Positions 1-10,000 of a stretch of DNA of 32,000 nt are shown here, piece by piece. The stretch comes from Vibrio vulnificus CMCP6 (lineage in GTDB: Bacteria > Pseudomonadota > Gammaproteobacteria > Enterobacterales > Vibrionaceae). Under the pieces are notes generated by a model. The model made no database searches and was not told the origin of the DNA. It worked only from the letters and a program-made list of their open reading frames with translations. The DNA lies in contig NC_004460.2 in NCBI RefSeq assembly GCF_000039765.1, positions 1,200,001 through 1,232,000 of the forward strand, read 5' to 3'. Position 1 is the stretch's first letter. Every line of letters begins with the position of its first letter. The translations under genes and the position numbers were made by a program.

Positions 1-2101
1 CGACCAACACGCCCTTGCCCATCCATCTTGGCTCTGAAGACGTCTGCACTGTGGTGTGTTTACTCACTCCTCCCTTGTCAAAGCTCACTTGTACCTGTGT
101 GCCTTGCCCTGGCGTTGATAAGGTCACGACCGGATCCGCGGCCGATTGATCAATCAGCACCACACTAGCTTGGCTGACCGACAAGGTCGAACCGTCGTGC
201 AAATTGATACTCCCGGGTTGATGGAAAATCACGCCGGTGACGTTCAAACCTTGATGATGCACCGCCTGCAGAGTGTTGCTGTTACTCAGTACCGCGATCG
301 GGGATTGCTGTGCGTAAGCCTCCACTTGAGATGCCGTTCGGTTCGGCACAATGATGTATTGATAACTGGCGTTTGTTGGCTGCCAACTGTGGCCAATTCT
401 CAACATAAACACCTCATCGGACACCACTTCATTCGCCTGACCACGATTGATGTCGTACCAATTACCCGATTGGGTTTGGTTGTTCATATGCCCGTACCAG
501 TACGCAGGGAAAACGTAGCCAATGCCGTCATGATGCACCCAAGACGCATTGACCAAGGCGCGACTGCCTTTTTCATACACCGCACCGTCGACCGTCACCG
601 GTCCTTTTAATCGAGTTTGGTTGACCGATGTATTGACATACTCATTTCTCGTTGAGGCTATGCCAGCGCCTAGCGCCACCATTTCATCCTTGAAGCTAAA
701 CCACGCTTTCTTCGCTTGCGTGCCATAGGCATTCATGTCCATCACTGCAACGCCATAACGACCATCAGAAACGCCGCCAACAAAGCTCGTGTTCATCACG
801 ATGCTTCCCCAGTCGGCGGGTTTCTCCGCAAACTGAGGGGCAGTCACACCCGGAACCAAAGCCCAGTTCCACACGGGAAAGAGATTGTGGTACTCATCAC
901 CTCTTTGCATGATAAACATGCTGCCAAAGCCGAGCCAATTGCCCAATAAGTTTTCATTGTTGCCCGCTTCCGTTGGCTCTATACGCAATGAGTTCATCTT
1001 TACGCCAATAAAGTGATTTTCCCCAACCTTGCTTGCATAGTCAGAGCGCCAAAATTGCTTAAAGCCTTCGAAACCAGCCCCCTCTCCTGCAACATGACGA
1101 CGAAACTGCTCCGCTTCCTGAGCACGTTGAGGTGACAAAGCGGCAATATACTGACTTTGCTGCTGCAACGTCGATTTGTCCACGACTTGAACACGACTGA
1201 TTCCTCGACCACGGGCGTTATAGTCTAACGTTCCGTGGCTGTTCATCCAACGGACCCCTTCCAAGAAATAATCGCTGAGCAGATCAATTTGCTCTGGAGA
1301 GAACTTCCATTGCAAATCTCGTACGTGATAAGCCCAAAATGACGCGGTATCAAAAAACACTTCCCCATAACCACCGGTATACAACTGTGCACCATGTTGT
1401 TGGAATGAGTAATCCGCTTGTACCCCTTCGGCTTCGGTGATCACTATGGTTTCCGCAATCCCCTCTAAACCACGCTGAACTTGCGCAGCATCATTCGCCA
1501 GCAAACCACCAAAAATGACCGCTTTGGAAAGATCGGTTCGATTGGCGCCCGTTTTGTACGGCGCACTCGGCATATCGCCTTGAATTAACGTTTTTAAATC
1601 ACTCGGCAGTGCACTGCCTAACATCAGCGCAGCAGGCCCCAAACGAAGTTGTTTACCAATCTCGTTCCACCACCAATTTTTATTGGTTCGATCGGCGGAA
1701 TACCAATAATACATCGCCTCAATCGCTGCTTGCGCGTAACCCGTTTGGGGAAACAAATGTTCGGCAGCGGCCAGCACTCGAATGCGATCTAAATGCTCTC
1801 GGATCGGCTTCTCATCCGTCGCCACGATCGTATAGTCGATGTCTGGCCAACTTCCGTCGGCCAACAAGGCATCGCGATACTGCGTTGCCAGCCCAGAAAG
1901 CGTCTGGCCCTTATTGTCTGCGTTGCGAGATGCTTGCTGGGCGAAATCTGGAGCAACGCGCTGTGATAAGGTCATCACTTCATTCGCCAGACTCATAGGA
2001 GCCGCAAGCAAAGCAGGAAAAACGGAACGGAAGAAGGAAACGTGGTTTTTTTCATTAACAGGTCCTCTGTCGGGTGGATGTGTAGGGGAATGGCCGATCA
2101 T
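1..2101 (-). CDS. Polysaccharide lyase family 8 (chondroitin AC / hyaluronate / xanthan lyase-like), secreted. The 3' end runs off the window and the start is ambiguous.
   Basis: The minus-strand frame is open from the window edge up to ATG 2101. It is missing from the ORF track because there is no stop in the window. My translation carries PL8-like signatures (NWWWNEIGKQLRLGP; FQQHGAQLYTGGYGEVF) and a Sec-signal-like segment FFRSVFPALLAAPMSLA|NE. The SD-preceded ATG at 2055 is out of frame (see finding). Confidence 0.75.
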   Translation of the reverse strand, partial: MIGHSPTHPPDRGPVNEKNHVSFFRSVFPALLAAPMSLANEVMTLSQRVAPDFAQQASRNADNKGQTLSGLATQYRDALLADGSWPDIDYTIVATDEKPIREHLDRIRVLAAAEHLFPQTGYAQAAIEAMYYWYSADRTNKNWWWNEIGKQLRLGPAALMLGSALPSDLKTLIQGDMPSAPYKTGANRTDLSKAVIFGGLLANDAAQVQRGLEGIAETIVITEAEGVQADYSFQQHGAQLYTGGYGEVFFDTASFWAYHVRDLQWKFSPEQIDLLSDYFLEGVRWMNSHGTLDYNARGRGISRVQVVDKSTLQQQSQYIAALSPQRAQEAEQFRRHVAGEGAGFEGFKQFWRSDYASKVGENHFIGVKMNSLRIEPTEAGNNENLLGNWLGFGSMFIMQRGDEYHNLFPVWNWALVPGVTAPQFAEKPADWGSIVMNTSFVGGVSDGRYGVAVMDMNAYGTQAKKAWFSFKDEMVALGAGIASTRNEYVNTSVNQTRLKGPVTVDGAVYEKGSRALVNASWVHHDGIGYVFPAYWYGHMNNQTQSGNWYDINRGQANEVVSDEVFMLRIGHSWQPTNASYQYIIVPNRTASQVEAYAQQSPIAVLSNSNTLQAVHHQGLNVTGVIFHQPGSINLHDGSTLSVSQASVVLIDQSAADPVVTLSTPGQGTQVQVSFDKGGVSKHTTVQTSSEPRWMGKGVLV

Positions 2102-2366
2102 TTGTCAGCCACGTTATTGTTGTTGTGATAATTATTAATAAGAGCCACCCTACGCTCGCTCAAATAAAACGCAATTTTATATTTATAAAAATAAAGTTCC
2201 GATCTCAAAATATCGCCAATACAAATGCAATGAATTGAATAATTTTCAACCAACTCTAACGACTAACAGCCACAACGTCATCCGCATCAACCCTGTGGCA
2301 ACCAGCACCAATTAGGATTAGAATTCCGCCATCCGAATAACCAACGATAAAAACGAACACGATAAA

Positions 2367-3071
2367 ATGAACAAAAGCTTATTGACCAACGTGATTGCCT
2401 TAGCGGCTTTGGCAGCAGGTTTCGCGCTGAAAAACGACTACCTTCTTTATGCTGGCTTGTTTGCCTTCTCTGGCGCCATTACCAACTGGCTAGCGATTCA
2501 TATGCTGTTTGAAAAAGTGCCGGGGTTATACGGCTCAGGCGTCATTCCTGCGCGCTTTGAGGAGTTTAAAGCGGCGATCAAAAACCTAATGATGGAACAG
2601 TTTTTTACCAGCGAGAACATCGATAAGTTTCTCAGCAAAGAGATGGCCGGTGGCAAGAGCTTCAATCTTGAGCCCATCATTGCCAAAGTCGATTTCAACC
2701 CAACGTTCGACTCGCTGGTTGATGTTATCGCCCAATCGCAATTTGGGGGCATGTTGGCGATGTTTGGCGGCACAGAAGCCTTGATTCCCCTCAAACAACC
2801 ATTTGTCGAGAAGATGCAGCAAGCCATGGTGGATCTCAGCCACAGCGACACCATCAAGCAGGCATTGAAAGAAGAACTCGAAGCGCCCGCGATGATGGAA
2901 GAGATCCAACAAAACATTGAAAACATCATTGATCAGCGTCTTAACGAGTTGACGCCTAAGTTGGTGAAAGAGATGGTGCAGAAGATGATCAAACAGCATT
3001 TGGGCTGGCTTGTGGTTTGGGGTGGCGTGTTTGGCGGCCTGATTGGTGTCATCACTTCCGTCGTTGCTTAG
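2367..3071 (+). CDS. Membrane protein, DUF445-like. It has hydrophobic N- and C-terminal segments flanking a charged helical core.
   Basis: 234-aa ORF. N-terminal (LLTNVIALAALAAGFAL, LYAGLFAFSGAITNWLAIHMLF) and C-terminal (LGWLVVWGGVFGGLIGVITSVVA) transmembrane-like segments. The ORFs overlapping it are shadow frames. The family call is from memory of the architecture only. Confidence 0.6.
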   Translation: MNKSLLTNVIALAALAAGFALKNDYLLYAGLFAFSGAITNWLAIHMLFEKVPGLYGSGVIPARFEEFKAAIKNLMMEQFFTSENIDKFLSKEMAGGKSFNLEPIIAKVDFNPTFDSLVDVIAQSQFGGMLAMFGGTEALIPLKQPFVEKMQQAMVDLSHSDTIKQALKEELEAPAMMEEIQQNIENIIDQRLNELTPKLVKEMVQKMIKQHLGWLVVWGGVFGGLIGVITSVVA

Positions 3072-3094
3072 CCACTGACCGCAGCAGAAACAAC

Positions 3095-3127
3095 AGAGGG
3101 AAGCCCAGTGCTTCCCTCTTCTATTTT
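3095..3127. terminator. Intrinsic terminator hairpin between convergent genes
   Basis: AGAGGGAAGC-ccagt-GCTTCCCTCT (10-bp stem) followed by tctatttt on the + strand. It sits between the DUF445-like stop (3071) and the AsnC/Lrp stop (3181). Confidence 0.7.
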
Positions 3128-3180
3128 GGCGCTGACTTGCCCCCTCACTGGGGTATATCCCGCACCGCTGACCTGTCGCG

Positions 3181-3675
3181 TTACTTTTGGTACAAGGTCG
3201 ACAACAGCTCTGGGTTCACACCAAAGCCCGTTTTGTGCTCCTCAATCACCACTTCGCTACGCGTTTGAATCACCCCCGGCAGAGTACCGAGCTTGCTCGA
3301 CATAAACTCTTGATACGCCTTCATGCTTTTGACACGCACTTTGATCATAGTGTCAAAATCGCCCGACAATGAGTAACACTCTTCAATCTCCGGCATATCG
3401 GCGACGGCTTTGGCAAACTTTTCAAAGATGGAAAAGCTGGTTTGATCAAGACGAATATGAATAAACACCTGAACATCCAAGCCCAACTTTTCGGCATTGA
3501 GTTCAGCGTGATACCCCTTGATGTACCCTTCTTTCTCTAAACGTTTGACTCGTTCAGAACACGGTGAGGTGGTCAAGTTGACCTGCTTAGCCAGCTCAAC
3601 CACCGGCAAACGGCCTTTTAAATGCAAGATGCGTAAGATTTGCAGATCGATGCGATCCAACGGGTAACCAGACAT
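3181..3675 (-). CDS. AsnC/Lrp-family transcriptional regulator
   Basis: 164 aa. N-terminal HTH (LDRIDLQILRILHLKGRLPVVELAKQVNLTTSPCSERVKRLEKEGYIKGY) and a C-terminal RAM-like domain (LSGDFDTMIKVRV...LPGV..TRS.VVIEEHK). It is collinear with E. coli Lrp as I recall it. Confidence 0.85.
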   Translation of the reverse strand: MSGYPLDRIDLQILRILHLKGRLPVVELAKQVNLTTSPCSERVKRLEKEGYIKGYHAELNAEKLGLDVQVFIHIRLDQTSFSIFEKFAKAVADMPEIEECYSLSGDFDTMIKVRVKSMKAYQEFMSSKLGTLPGVIQTRSEVVIEEHKTGFGVNPELLSTLYQK

Positions 3676-4041
3676 CCTTCGTCCCTTATCATTTTTTTTG
3701 CCAGTTTACTGGCTAACCCAGTTCGCTATCAATAGCTGAGAGTTTAATGAAATGTAGGGAGTTATTCAGTAGAGATATTTTTCGATGGTTAATAAGATTT
3801 TTTTCTTATTTTTCTGTCAGTTATTGAACTTCTCGATGAATTTAATGAGCCAGAAAGAAAAGAGTCTTTATTCTAAACAGAGATAATGCAGGCAGACGAT
3901 ATGAATCATAATGCATTATACAGAATGATATTCCCATGTCGTTTTTACGCAGCAATATTTATAACAACTCAAGCTGCTGTCAATCTACTTTACTCGTCAG
4001 TTTCAACCGGCACTTTAAAGCGATTGAACACAGGAGAAAGC

Positions 4042-4206
4042 ATGCAAACCGTCATGATTAAATACCAGCCTTTTGGCATCGGCGAGTGGACGACCCTTTA
4101 CGTTTCCACTGATGTGGCGAACGCACTAGAGAAAGAGTATATGAGTTACGGTTGGCCTGTAGAGGTCAACCGTGAGTGTACTGAGCTCGAAAGCGATTTC
4201 GCTTAA
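4042..4206 (+). CDS. Small hypothetical protein (54 aa)
   Basis: AGGAG (4032-4036) lies 5 nt upstream of ATG 4042. The longer track ORF from 3886 extends into AT-rich sequence that looks non-coding. I recognise no family. Confidence 0.35.
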   Translation: MQTVMIKYQPFGIGEWTTLYVSTDVANALEKEYMSYGWPVEVNRECTELESDFA

Positions 4207-4216
4207 GTAAGAAGGT

Positions 4217-4465
4217 CTAACCGATCGGTTGAACCATTTGCGGTGAAAGGGATTTCACCGTTGCTGTATTCTGCGTATTACAGTAACGGCAGAAATGCTG
4301 AGGTTCCATGTGGTAATAGTGCTCACCGGAAACAAACTTAGTCATCAGTTGGGTAAAACTTTGTAGCCGACTTGAAAACGTATCACTCTGCTCTGTCTGA
4401 CAACGACGCATAACGACTTTGTGTGCGGTTGTTTTTTTACACGCTGAGCAATAGATTTCTGGCAT
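4217..4465 (-). CDS. Small hypothetical protein with two CxxC pairs (zinc-ribbon-like)
   Basis: 82 aa with CSAC at residues 6-9 and CRYC near residue 59. A GGAAGG Shine-Dalgarno-like element precedes the ATG. It converges on the 54-aa ORF with only 10 nt between the stops. Confidence 0.4.
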   Translation of the reverse strand: MPEIYCSACKKTTAHKVVMRRCQTEQSDTFSSRLQSFTQLMTKFVSGEHYYHMEPQHFCRYCNTQNTATVKSLSPQMVQPIG

Positions 4466-4695
4466 GACCCTTCCCCTGATGTACGAATGCTGCTAATGAC
4501 AATTGACACATTTTGACCAAATTAATTCCACACTCAAAAAGCGCTTTTTAATTTTTGTGCTCTAGGTACAAAAAATAGTTCTGCAACTTCAACAAATTGC
4601 GATCTTTGTCGCCCAATGCCGTGCGGATTGAACGCAAGAATAAAGCAAACATTTCGTGGATTTGTTAGCGGCAAGAAAAGATTCTGTCGGTAGTT

Positions 4696-4732
4696 AAAAA
4701 ACAAACCCCTCACCAGTATCACCAGCGAGGGG
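4696..4732 (-). terminator. Intrinsic terminator downstream of putP
   Basis: On the minus strand, CCCCTCGCTGGT-gat-ACTGGTGAGGGG (includes G-U pairs) is followed by TTTGTTTTTT. A second hairpin, TCGTGTTC-N9-GAACACGA (4761-4785), lies immediately after the putP stop. Confidence 0.6.
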
Positions 4733-4793
4733 CTCGATTATTTACAATGTAAATTGAGTATCGTGTTCGTTCTTGTTGAACACGAGATCAAGA

Positions 4794-6287
4794 TTACTCT
4801 AGCTCAACCAACTTTTTCTCAAACTCACGGTGCTGCTCTAAAACGGTGTTGTCAGCGCCACCAGTGAGTTTGCTCACACCAACAATCGCGATGGTTGAGA
4901 AGATGATTCCCGGTACGATTTCGTACACGTCAAACCAACCGCCAGTCAATTGTTTCCAAACCACGATAGTGATACCACCAATCAGGATACCCGCCAGCGC
5001 GCCGTTGCGGTTCATACCTTTCCAGTAAAGGCTTAGCACAACAGCGGGACCGAAGGCGGCACCAAAACCAGCCCAAGCGTAAGAGACAAGGCCCAATACC
5101 GAGCTATCTGGTGTCATGGCGAGGATAAGCGCGATGATAGAAATCACCACCACACCAATACGGCCCACCATCACGATTTCTTGCGAGCTTGCGTCTGGCT
5201 TGATCACTTGCTTGTAGAAGTCTTCCGCCAATGCTGAAGACGAAACCAACAGTTGAGAGTCCGCAGTACTCATGACCGCGGCTAGAATCGCCGCCAACAA
5301 GATACCGGCAATCACTGGGTGGAACACGGTGTTCACCAGCAGCATGAAGATTTTCTCGCCGTCGGCCAGTTCAGTACCCGGATGGCCGTTAACCCATACA
5401 AGGCCAACCAAACCAACCAGAATCGCACCTGCCATCGATAGCGCAGTCCAACCCACCGCAATACGACGAGCCGTACCCAGTTCGCGGTTAGTACGAGAGG
5501 CTTTAAAACGCGCCAAAATATGTGGCTGACCAAAATAACCTAGACCCCAAGCGACCAGTGAAATAATCGCAATTGCGCTAAGTGGCTCGCCTTTGGCATC
5601 GTTCCACAGCGTCAGTAGCTCTGGGTTAATGTTGTGCATGTCGGTCGCCAGTTGGCCAAAGCCCCCTTCCATCACTGCAATAGGAACAATCATCAATGCC
5701 GCCGCCATCAACAGGCCTTGCACTAAATCCGTCCAAGAAACCGCGAGGAAACCACCAAACAAGGTGTACGAAACCACACACAAGGTGCCGATGATCACCG
5801 CAGTGCTGTAATCTAGACCAAACACAGTTTCAAACAGTTTGCCCCCTGCAACCAGGCCTGAGCTGGTATAGAAAAGGAAGAACAACAGAATGAAGAAAGC
5901 AGAAATTGTCTGAATCAGTTTTGATTTGTCATCGAAACGACGTGACAAGAATTCAGGCAATGTAAGTGCATCCGTTTGAATACTGTAAGTACGAAGACGC
6001 TTGGCACTGACTAGCCAGTTTGCCCAAGTACCCACCAACAAACCACCAGCAAGCCAGAACGACTCGATACCCGCGGCGTAAGCGTAACCTGGTAGGCCTA
6101 ACAACAACCAACCACTCATATCCGACGCCCCAGCAGACAGCGCCGCTGGCCATGGACCTAAGCTACGACCACCCAAGAAATAATCACTTGAGCTAGACGT
6201 TTTCTTATAGGCGTAAACCCCGATCGCCACCATAAGAATCAAATAGGCAATAAAAGTGCCCGTAATAGCGAAGCTACTCTCTATCAT
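4794..6287 (-). CDS. putP: Sodium/proline symporter PutP (SSS family)
   Basis: Near-collinear with E. coli PutP as recalled (GGRSLGP...ALSAGASDMSGWLLLGLPG; GYFGQPHILARF; SYAWAGFGAAFGP). I placed the start at the internal ATG 6287, which has GAGGA 7 nt upstream. The track start at 6332 adds 15 residues with no homology. Confidence 0.9.
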   Translation of the reverse strand: MIESSFAITGTFIAYLILMVAIGVYAYKKTSSSSDYFLGGRSLGPWPAALSAGASDMSGWLLLGLPGYAYAAGIESFWLAGGLLVGTWANWLVSAKRLRTYSIQTDALTLPEFLSRRFDDKSKLIQTISAFFILLFFLFYTSSGLVAGGKLFETVFGLDYSTAVIIGTLCVVSYTLFGGFLAVSWTDLVQGLLMAAALMIVPIAVMEGGFGQLATDMHNINPELLTLWNDAKGEPLSAIAIISLVAWGLGYFGQPHILARFKASRTNRELGTARRIAVGWTALSMAGAILVGLVGLVWVNGHPGTELADGEKIFMLLVNTVFHPVIAGILLAAILAAVMSTADSQLLVSSSALAEDFYKQVIKPDASSQEIVMVGRIGVVVISIIALILAMTPDSSVLGLVSYAWAGFGAAFGPAVVLSLYWKGMNRNGALAGILIGGITIVVWKQLTGGWFDVYEIVPGIIFSTIAIVGVSKLTGGADNTVLEQHREFEKKLVELE

Positions 6288-6322
6288 TAGATAGTCCTCA
6301 TTAGAATAATAATCCTTCCTTG

Positions 6323-6347
6323 GCTCCCCCAAACGGCGTGGGGGAGC
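6323..6347 (-). other. GC-rich hairpin between the PutA-CTD ORF and putP (possible partial terminator or attenuator)
   Basis: GCTCCCCCA-N7-TGGGGGAGC, a 9-bp stem. No clear U-tract follows it on the minus strand. Confidence 0.4.
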
Positions 6348-6356
6348 ATGGAAAGG

Positions 6357-7064
6357 TTAGTGAGTATCGTTCCCCAACTCGAGTAGAGTTGCGTTACCAC
6401 CCACTGCGGTAATATTTATGGTACGCGTACGTTCGGTAATGAAACGCAGCGAAAGATGCGGATCATGAGCAAGCAGAGCACCTGCTTGATCCGTTGCAGA
6501 AACCAAACCGACGATAGCACCGTCACGTTTGGCCAATTGTAGATTGAGCTCATGCTCAACCTGCGCATTACCCACGTAACCGACACTGCGTACATCACGG
6601 TCGATGAGCTGTAAAAGCGCATCGTAGGCGACCATTTGTACTAGGTTGGAAGGGAAATGCGTCTGTTCAAGGGCGCTGCTGAGCAAGCCGTTGAACTCTG
6701 AGTTATCACTGCAAACGATGACGCTGTTACCAGCAATCAGCGCACAGGTCACTAAAGCAAAAGCGTTGTACAGAGCTTGCTCTGAATCGCTTTGCTCGTT
6801 TTCAACGATCACCAGCGCCACCCCACGGCCCGCGGTGTACAACTCGTTGGTTTCTCCGGTAGGCCCAACCAAAAGGTGAGCATCAGCCAATAGCGAAGAG
6901 GCTTGTTGCAAGTGGTAAGAAACCACCTTGGCAACCAGCGCATGCTTCCCATCCAGAGCGGCTTTAAATGCAAGCAAGTGCTCACATTTGTAATCAAAAT
7001 TGGTCAGATTCCACTGTTCCCATGCTGAGAAAGCATCCGAAAAACTCGTCACTTGATGAACCAT
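6357..7064 (-). CDS. Stand-alone homologue of the PutA C-terminal (ALDH-superfamily-like) domain
   Basis: 235 aa. LVGPTGETNELYTAGRGVALVIVENEQ, RDGAIVGLVS and the C-terminal RFITERTRTINITAVGGNATLLELG parallel the C-terminal ~200 residues of long PutA proteins (E. coli LPGPTGERN..., ...ERSLSVNTAAAGGNASLMTIG, as recalled). It has its own SD, TAAGGAG, which overlaps the putA stop. Confidence 0.75.
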   Translation of the reverse strand: MVHQVTSFSDAFSAWEQWNLTNFDYKCEHLLAFKAALDGKHALVAKVVSYHLQQASSLLADAHLLVGPTGETNELYTAGRGVALVIVENEQSDSEQALYNAFALVTCALIAGNSVIVCSDNSEFNGLLSSALEQTHFPSNLVQMVAYDALLQLIDRDVRSVGYVGNAQVEHELNLQLAKRDGAIVGLVSATDQAGALLAHDPHLSLRFITERTRTINITAVGGNATLLELGNDTH

Positions 7065-7075
7065 GATGTTGCTCC

Positions 7076-10000
7076 TTATGCGTTCTCAGTCTGGTTAAAT
7101 TGCACTTGGGTAAAGCGATACAAGTAGTGTGGACCACCTGCTTTTGGCCCAGTCCCCGATAAGCCCTGACCACCGAATGGCTGCACGCCAACCACCGCAC
7201 CCACTTGGTCACGGTTAATGTAGCAGTTCCCTACTCGAGCGTGTTTTTCGATCCAGCGGTAGGTGGTTTCGTTACGACTGTGAATACCCATGGTCAAACC
7301 AAAGCCCGTTTGGTTGATTTGTTCCACCACGCGAGTCAGTTCAGACGCTTTGAAACGCACAATGTGCAGGATCGGGCCAAACTGCTCTTCTTTAAGCACG
7401 TCGATACCTGAGATTTCAAATGCCGTTGGTGCGACAAAATCACCATGCTGACAATCGTCCGCCAGTGTCAGTTGCGCAATCGGCCTCTGAGTTTGGTTCA
7501 TCTGCTCGATATGCAGCAGCAGCTTTTCTTTCGCGCGCGCGTCAATCACTGGCCCCACATCGGTTTTGTGTCGATGCGGCACACCAACACTCAGTTCATT
7601 CATTGCCCCTTGGATCAGGCCAATCACTCGATCGGCAATGTCTTGCTGAACAAACAGCACACGCAGTGCTGAACAGCGTTGACCTGCAGAAGCAAAGGCA
7701 GAACGAATCACATCACGCACCACCTGCTCTGGCAGCGCAGTACTATCAACGATCATCGCGTTTTGACCACCGGTTTCGGCGATAAACGGCACCGGTTTGG
7801 CTTCACGTTGTGCCAAAGTTACGTTGATGCGTTGCGCCGTGGCGGTGGAGCCCGTAAACGCCACCCCTGCAATGGCTGGGTGAGAGGTGAGCGCCGAGCC
7901 AATATCCGCACCACGACCAGGGATCAGTTGAACAACGCCTGCTGGGAAACCTGCTTGTAGCATGAGCTCTACCGCACGCACCGCGATCAAACTGGTTTGT
8001 TCCGCCGGTTTCGCTACGACCGTGTTGCCCGCCACGAGCGCCGCGGTCACTTGACCAAGGAAAATCGCCAGTGGGAAGTTCCACGGGCTAATGCAGACGA
8101 ATACCCCCAAACCTTCACGGCTGGCAACGCGTTTCACGCCATCAAAGCCTTCTAACTCAAAAGGTTGCAGATTTTGCGCTTGTTTGGCGTAGTAACGACA
8201 GAAATCGACCGCTTCACGCACTTCATCAATACTGTCATGCAGTGTCTTGCCCGCTTCTTGGTGACAAAGCGCCACCAGCTCAGCCAAGTTGGCTTCCATC
8301 AAATCAGCGAGGTTGTCTAGGCAACGCGCTTTCTCCACCAACGGTGTGCGATTCCAATCCGCAAAAGCCGCTTGTGCGATGTCGATCGCTTGGGAAACAT
8401 GATCAAGGTTAGCAAACGCAATTTGCCCCACTTGGATACGACGATCATACGGCGCTGTGACACTTTCCGCTTGACCGTCCTTGATCATGCTTTCGGCCAG
8501 CGAAGCGCCATTGATGATTGGGCCCGCTAACCACTGCTTGCTCAAGAAGGACTCGACCTGTGCTTCAAACGGCTTGGCTTCGCTTTCGATATCCACATTA
8601 ACGCCATAGGAGTTTTTACGCTCAGGGAAAATCGCCGCTGGCAATGGGATCTTGGTATTGTTCAGTGTTTCAAATGAGGTCAGTGCTTCTACTGGATGTT
8701 TGGTGAGCTCTGCCACTGGGCAGCGCGCATCAACCAAACGGTGTACAAACGAACTGTTGGCACCGTTTTCCAGCAGACGACGCACTAGGTATGGCAGCAA
8801 ATCTTTGTGGCTGCCCACTGGCGCGTAAATTCGTACTGGCTGACGATACTGTTCCATCACATGGTTATAAAGTGAATCGCCCATGCCATGCAGACGTTGG
8901 AACTCGTAGTCACTGTGAGTCGCCATGGTGGCGATCGAGGAAACGGTTTGCGCGTTATGGCTAGCAAATTGCGGGAAGATGTTGCCGCGCACGTCATCGC
9001 TTAACAGGAAGCGAGCACACGCTAAGTACGCCACATCGGTAGCTTCTTTGCGAGTGTAAACCGGGTAGTTATCGTAACCGCGCTGCTGAGACCACTTCAC
9101 TTCGCTGTCCCAATACGCGCCTTTCACCAAACGCAGCGGGATCAAATCGCCTTGCTCTTTAGCCAGCGCATTGAGCCACACCAACACCGGCAGAGCGCGT
9201 TTGGAATACGCTTGCACCACCAGGCCAAACTTACCCCAGCCTTTGACCGTTTCACTGCGGTAGAGTTTTTCAAACAGTTTGAGAGAGAGCTCTAGGCGGT
9301 CGGCTTCTTCCGCATCAATGGTAATCGCAACGTCTAGCTCGACAGCACGTTTAAGCAGTTGTGCTAACGTATCAAACAGCTCGCTCATCACGCGGTGTTC
9401 ATTGGCCACTTCATAGCGAGGATGCAAGGCAGAGAGCTTGATCGATACCGACGGCGCGGGGCTGGTGTCGTTACCATACGTTTCACGACCCACCGCTTCA
9501 ATCGCCATCAAATAATCTTTGAAGTATTTATTGGCATCCGCAGTGGTCAGCGCCGCTTCACCCAGCATGTCAAAAGAGTAAGTGAAGCCTTTATCGCGCA
9601 TCGGGCGGCCATTTTTCTGCGCCTCTTCGATGGTGCGACCACGAACGAACTGATGACCCATGATCTTCATTGCCTGATACATGGCTTTGCGGATCACTGG
9701 CTCAGAAAGCTTGTTCACTAAGCGATTGAGCGCTTGGCTAGCACTTTGCGTTTCATCATCACCCAAGCCCACCACTTTACCTGTCAGCATGAGGCCCCAT
9801 GTCGAGGCGTTGACAAACACAGATTCAGAATTTTTAAGATGCGATTTCCAATCTGCCACGCTCATTTTATCTTTGATCAGAGCGTCAGCCGTGGCCGCAT
9901 CCGGAATACGCATCAGCGCTTCTGCCAAACACATCAGCAAAATGCCTTCGTGCGTGTCTAGGCTGTATTCCAACAACAGTGCATCGATCAATTGAATCGA

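Noticed and set aside
146-2138. Track ORFs 146-610(+), 716-949(+), 1000-1212(-), 1609-1998(+), 1839-2138(+)
   Set aside because: All lie antisense to, or out of frame with, the continuous minus-strand PL8 lyase frame. Their translations are low-complexity or Arg/Ser-rich shadow products with no recognisable motifs.
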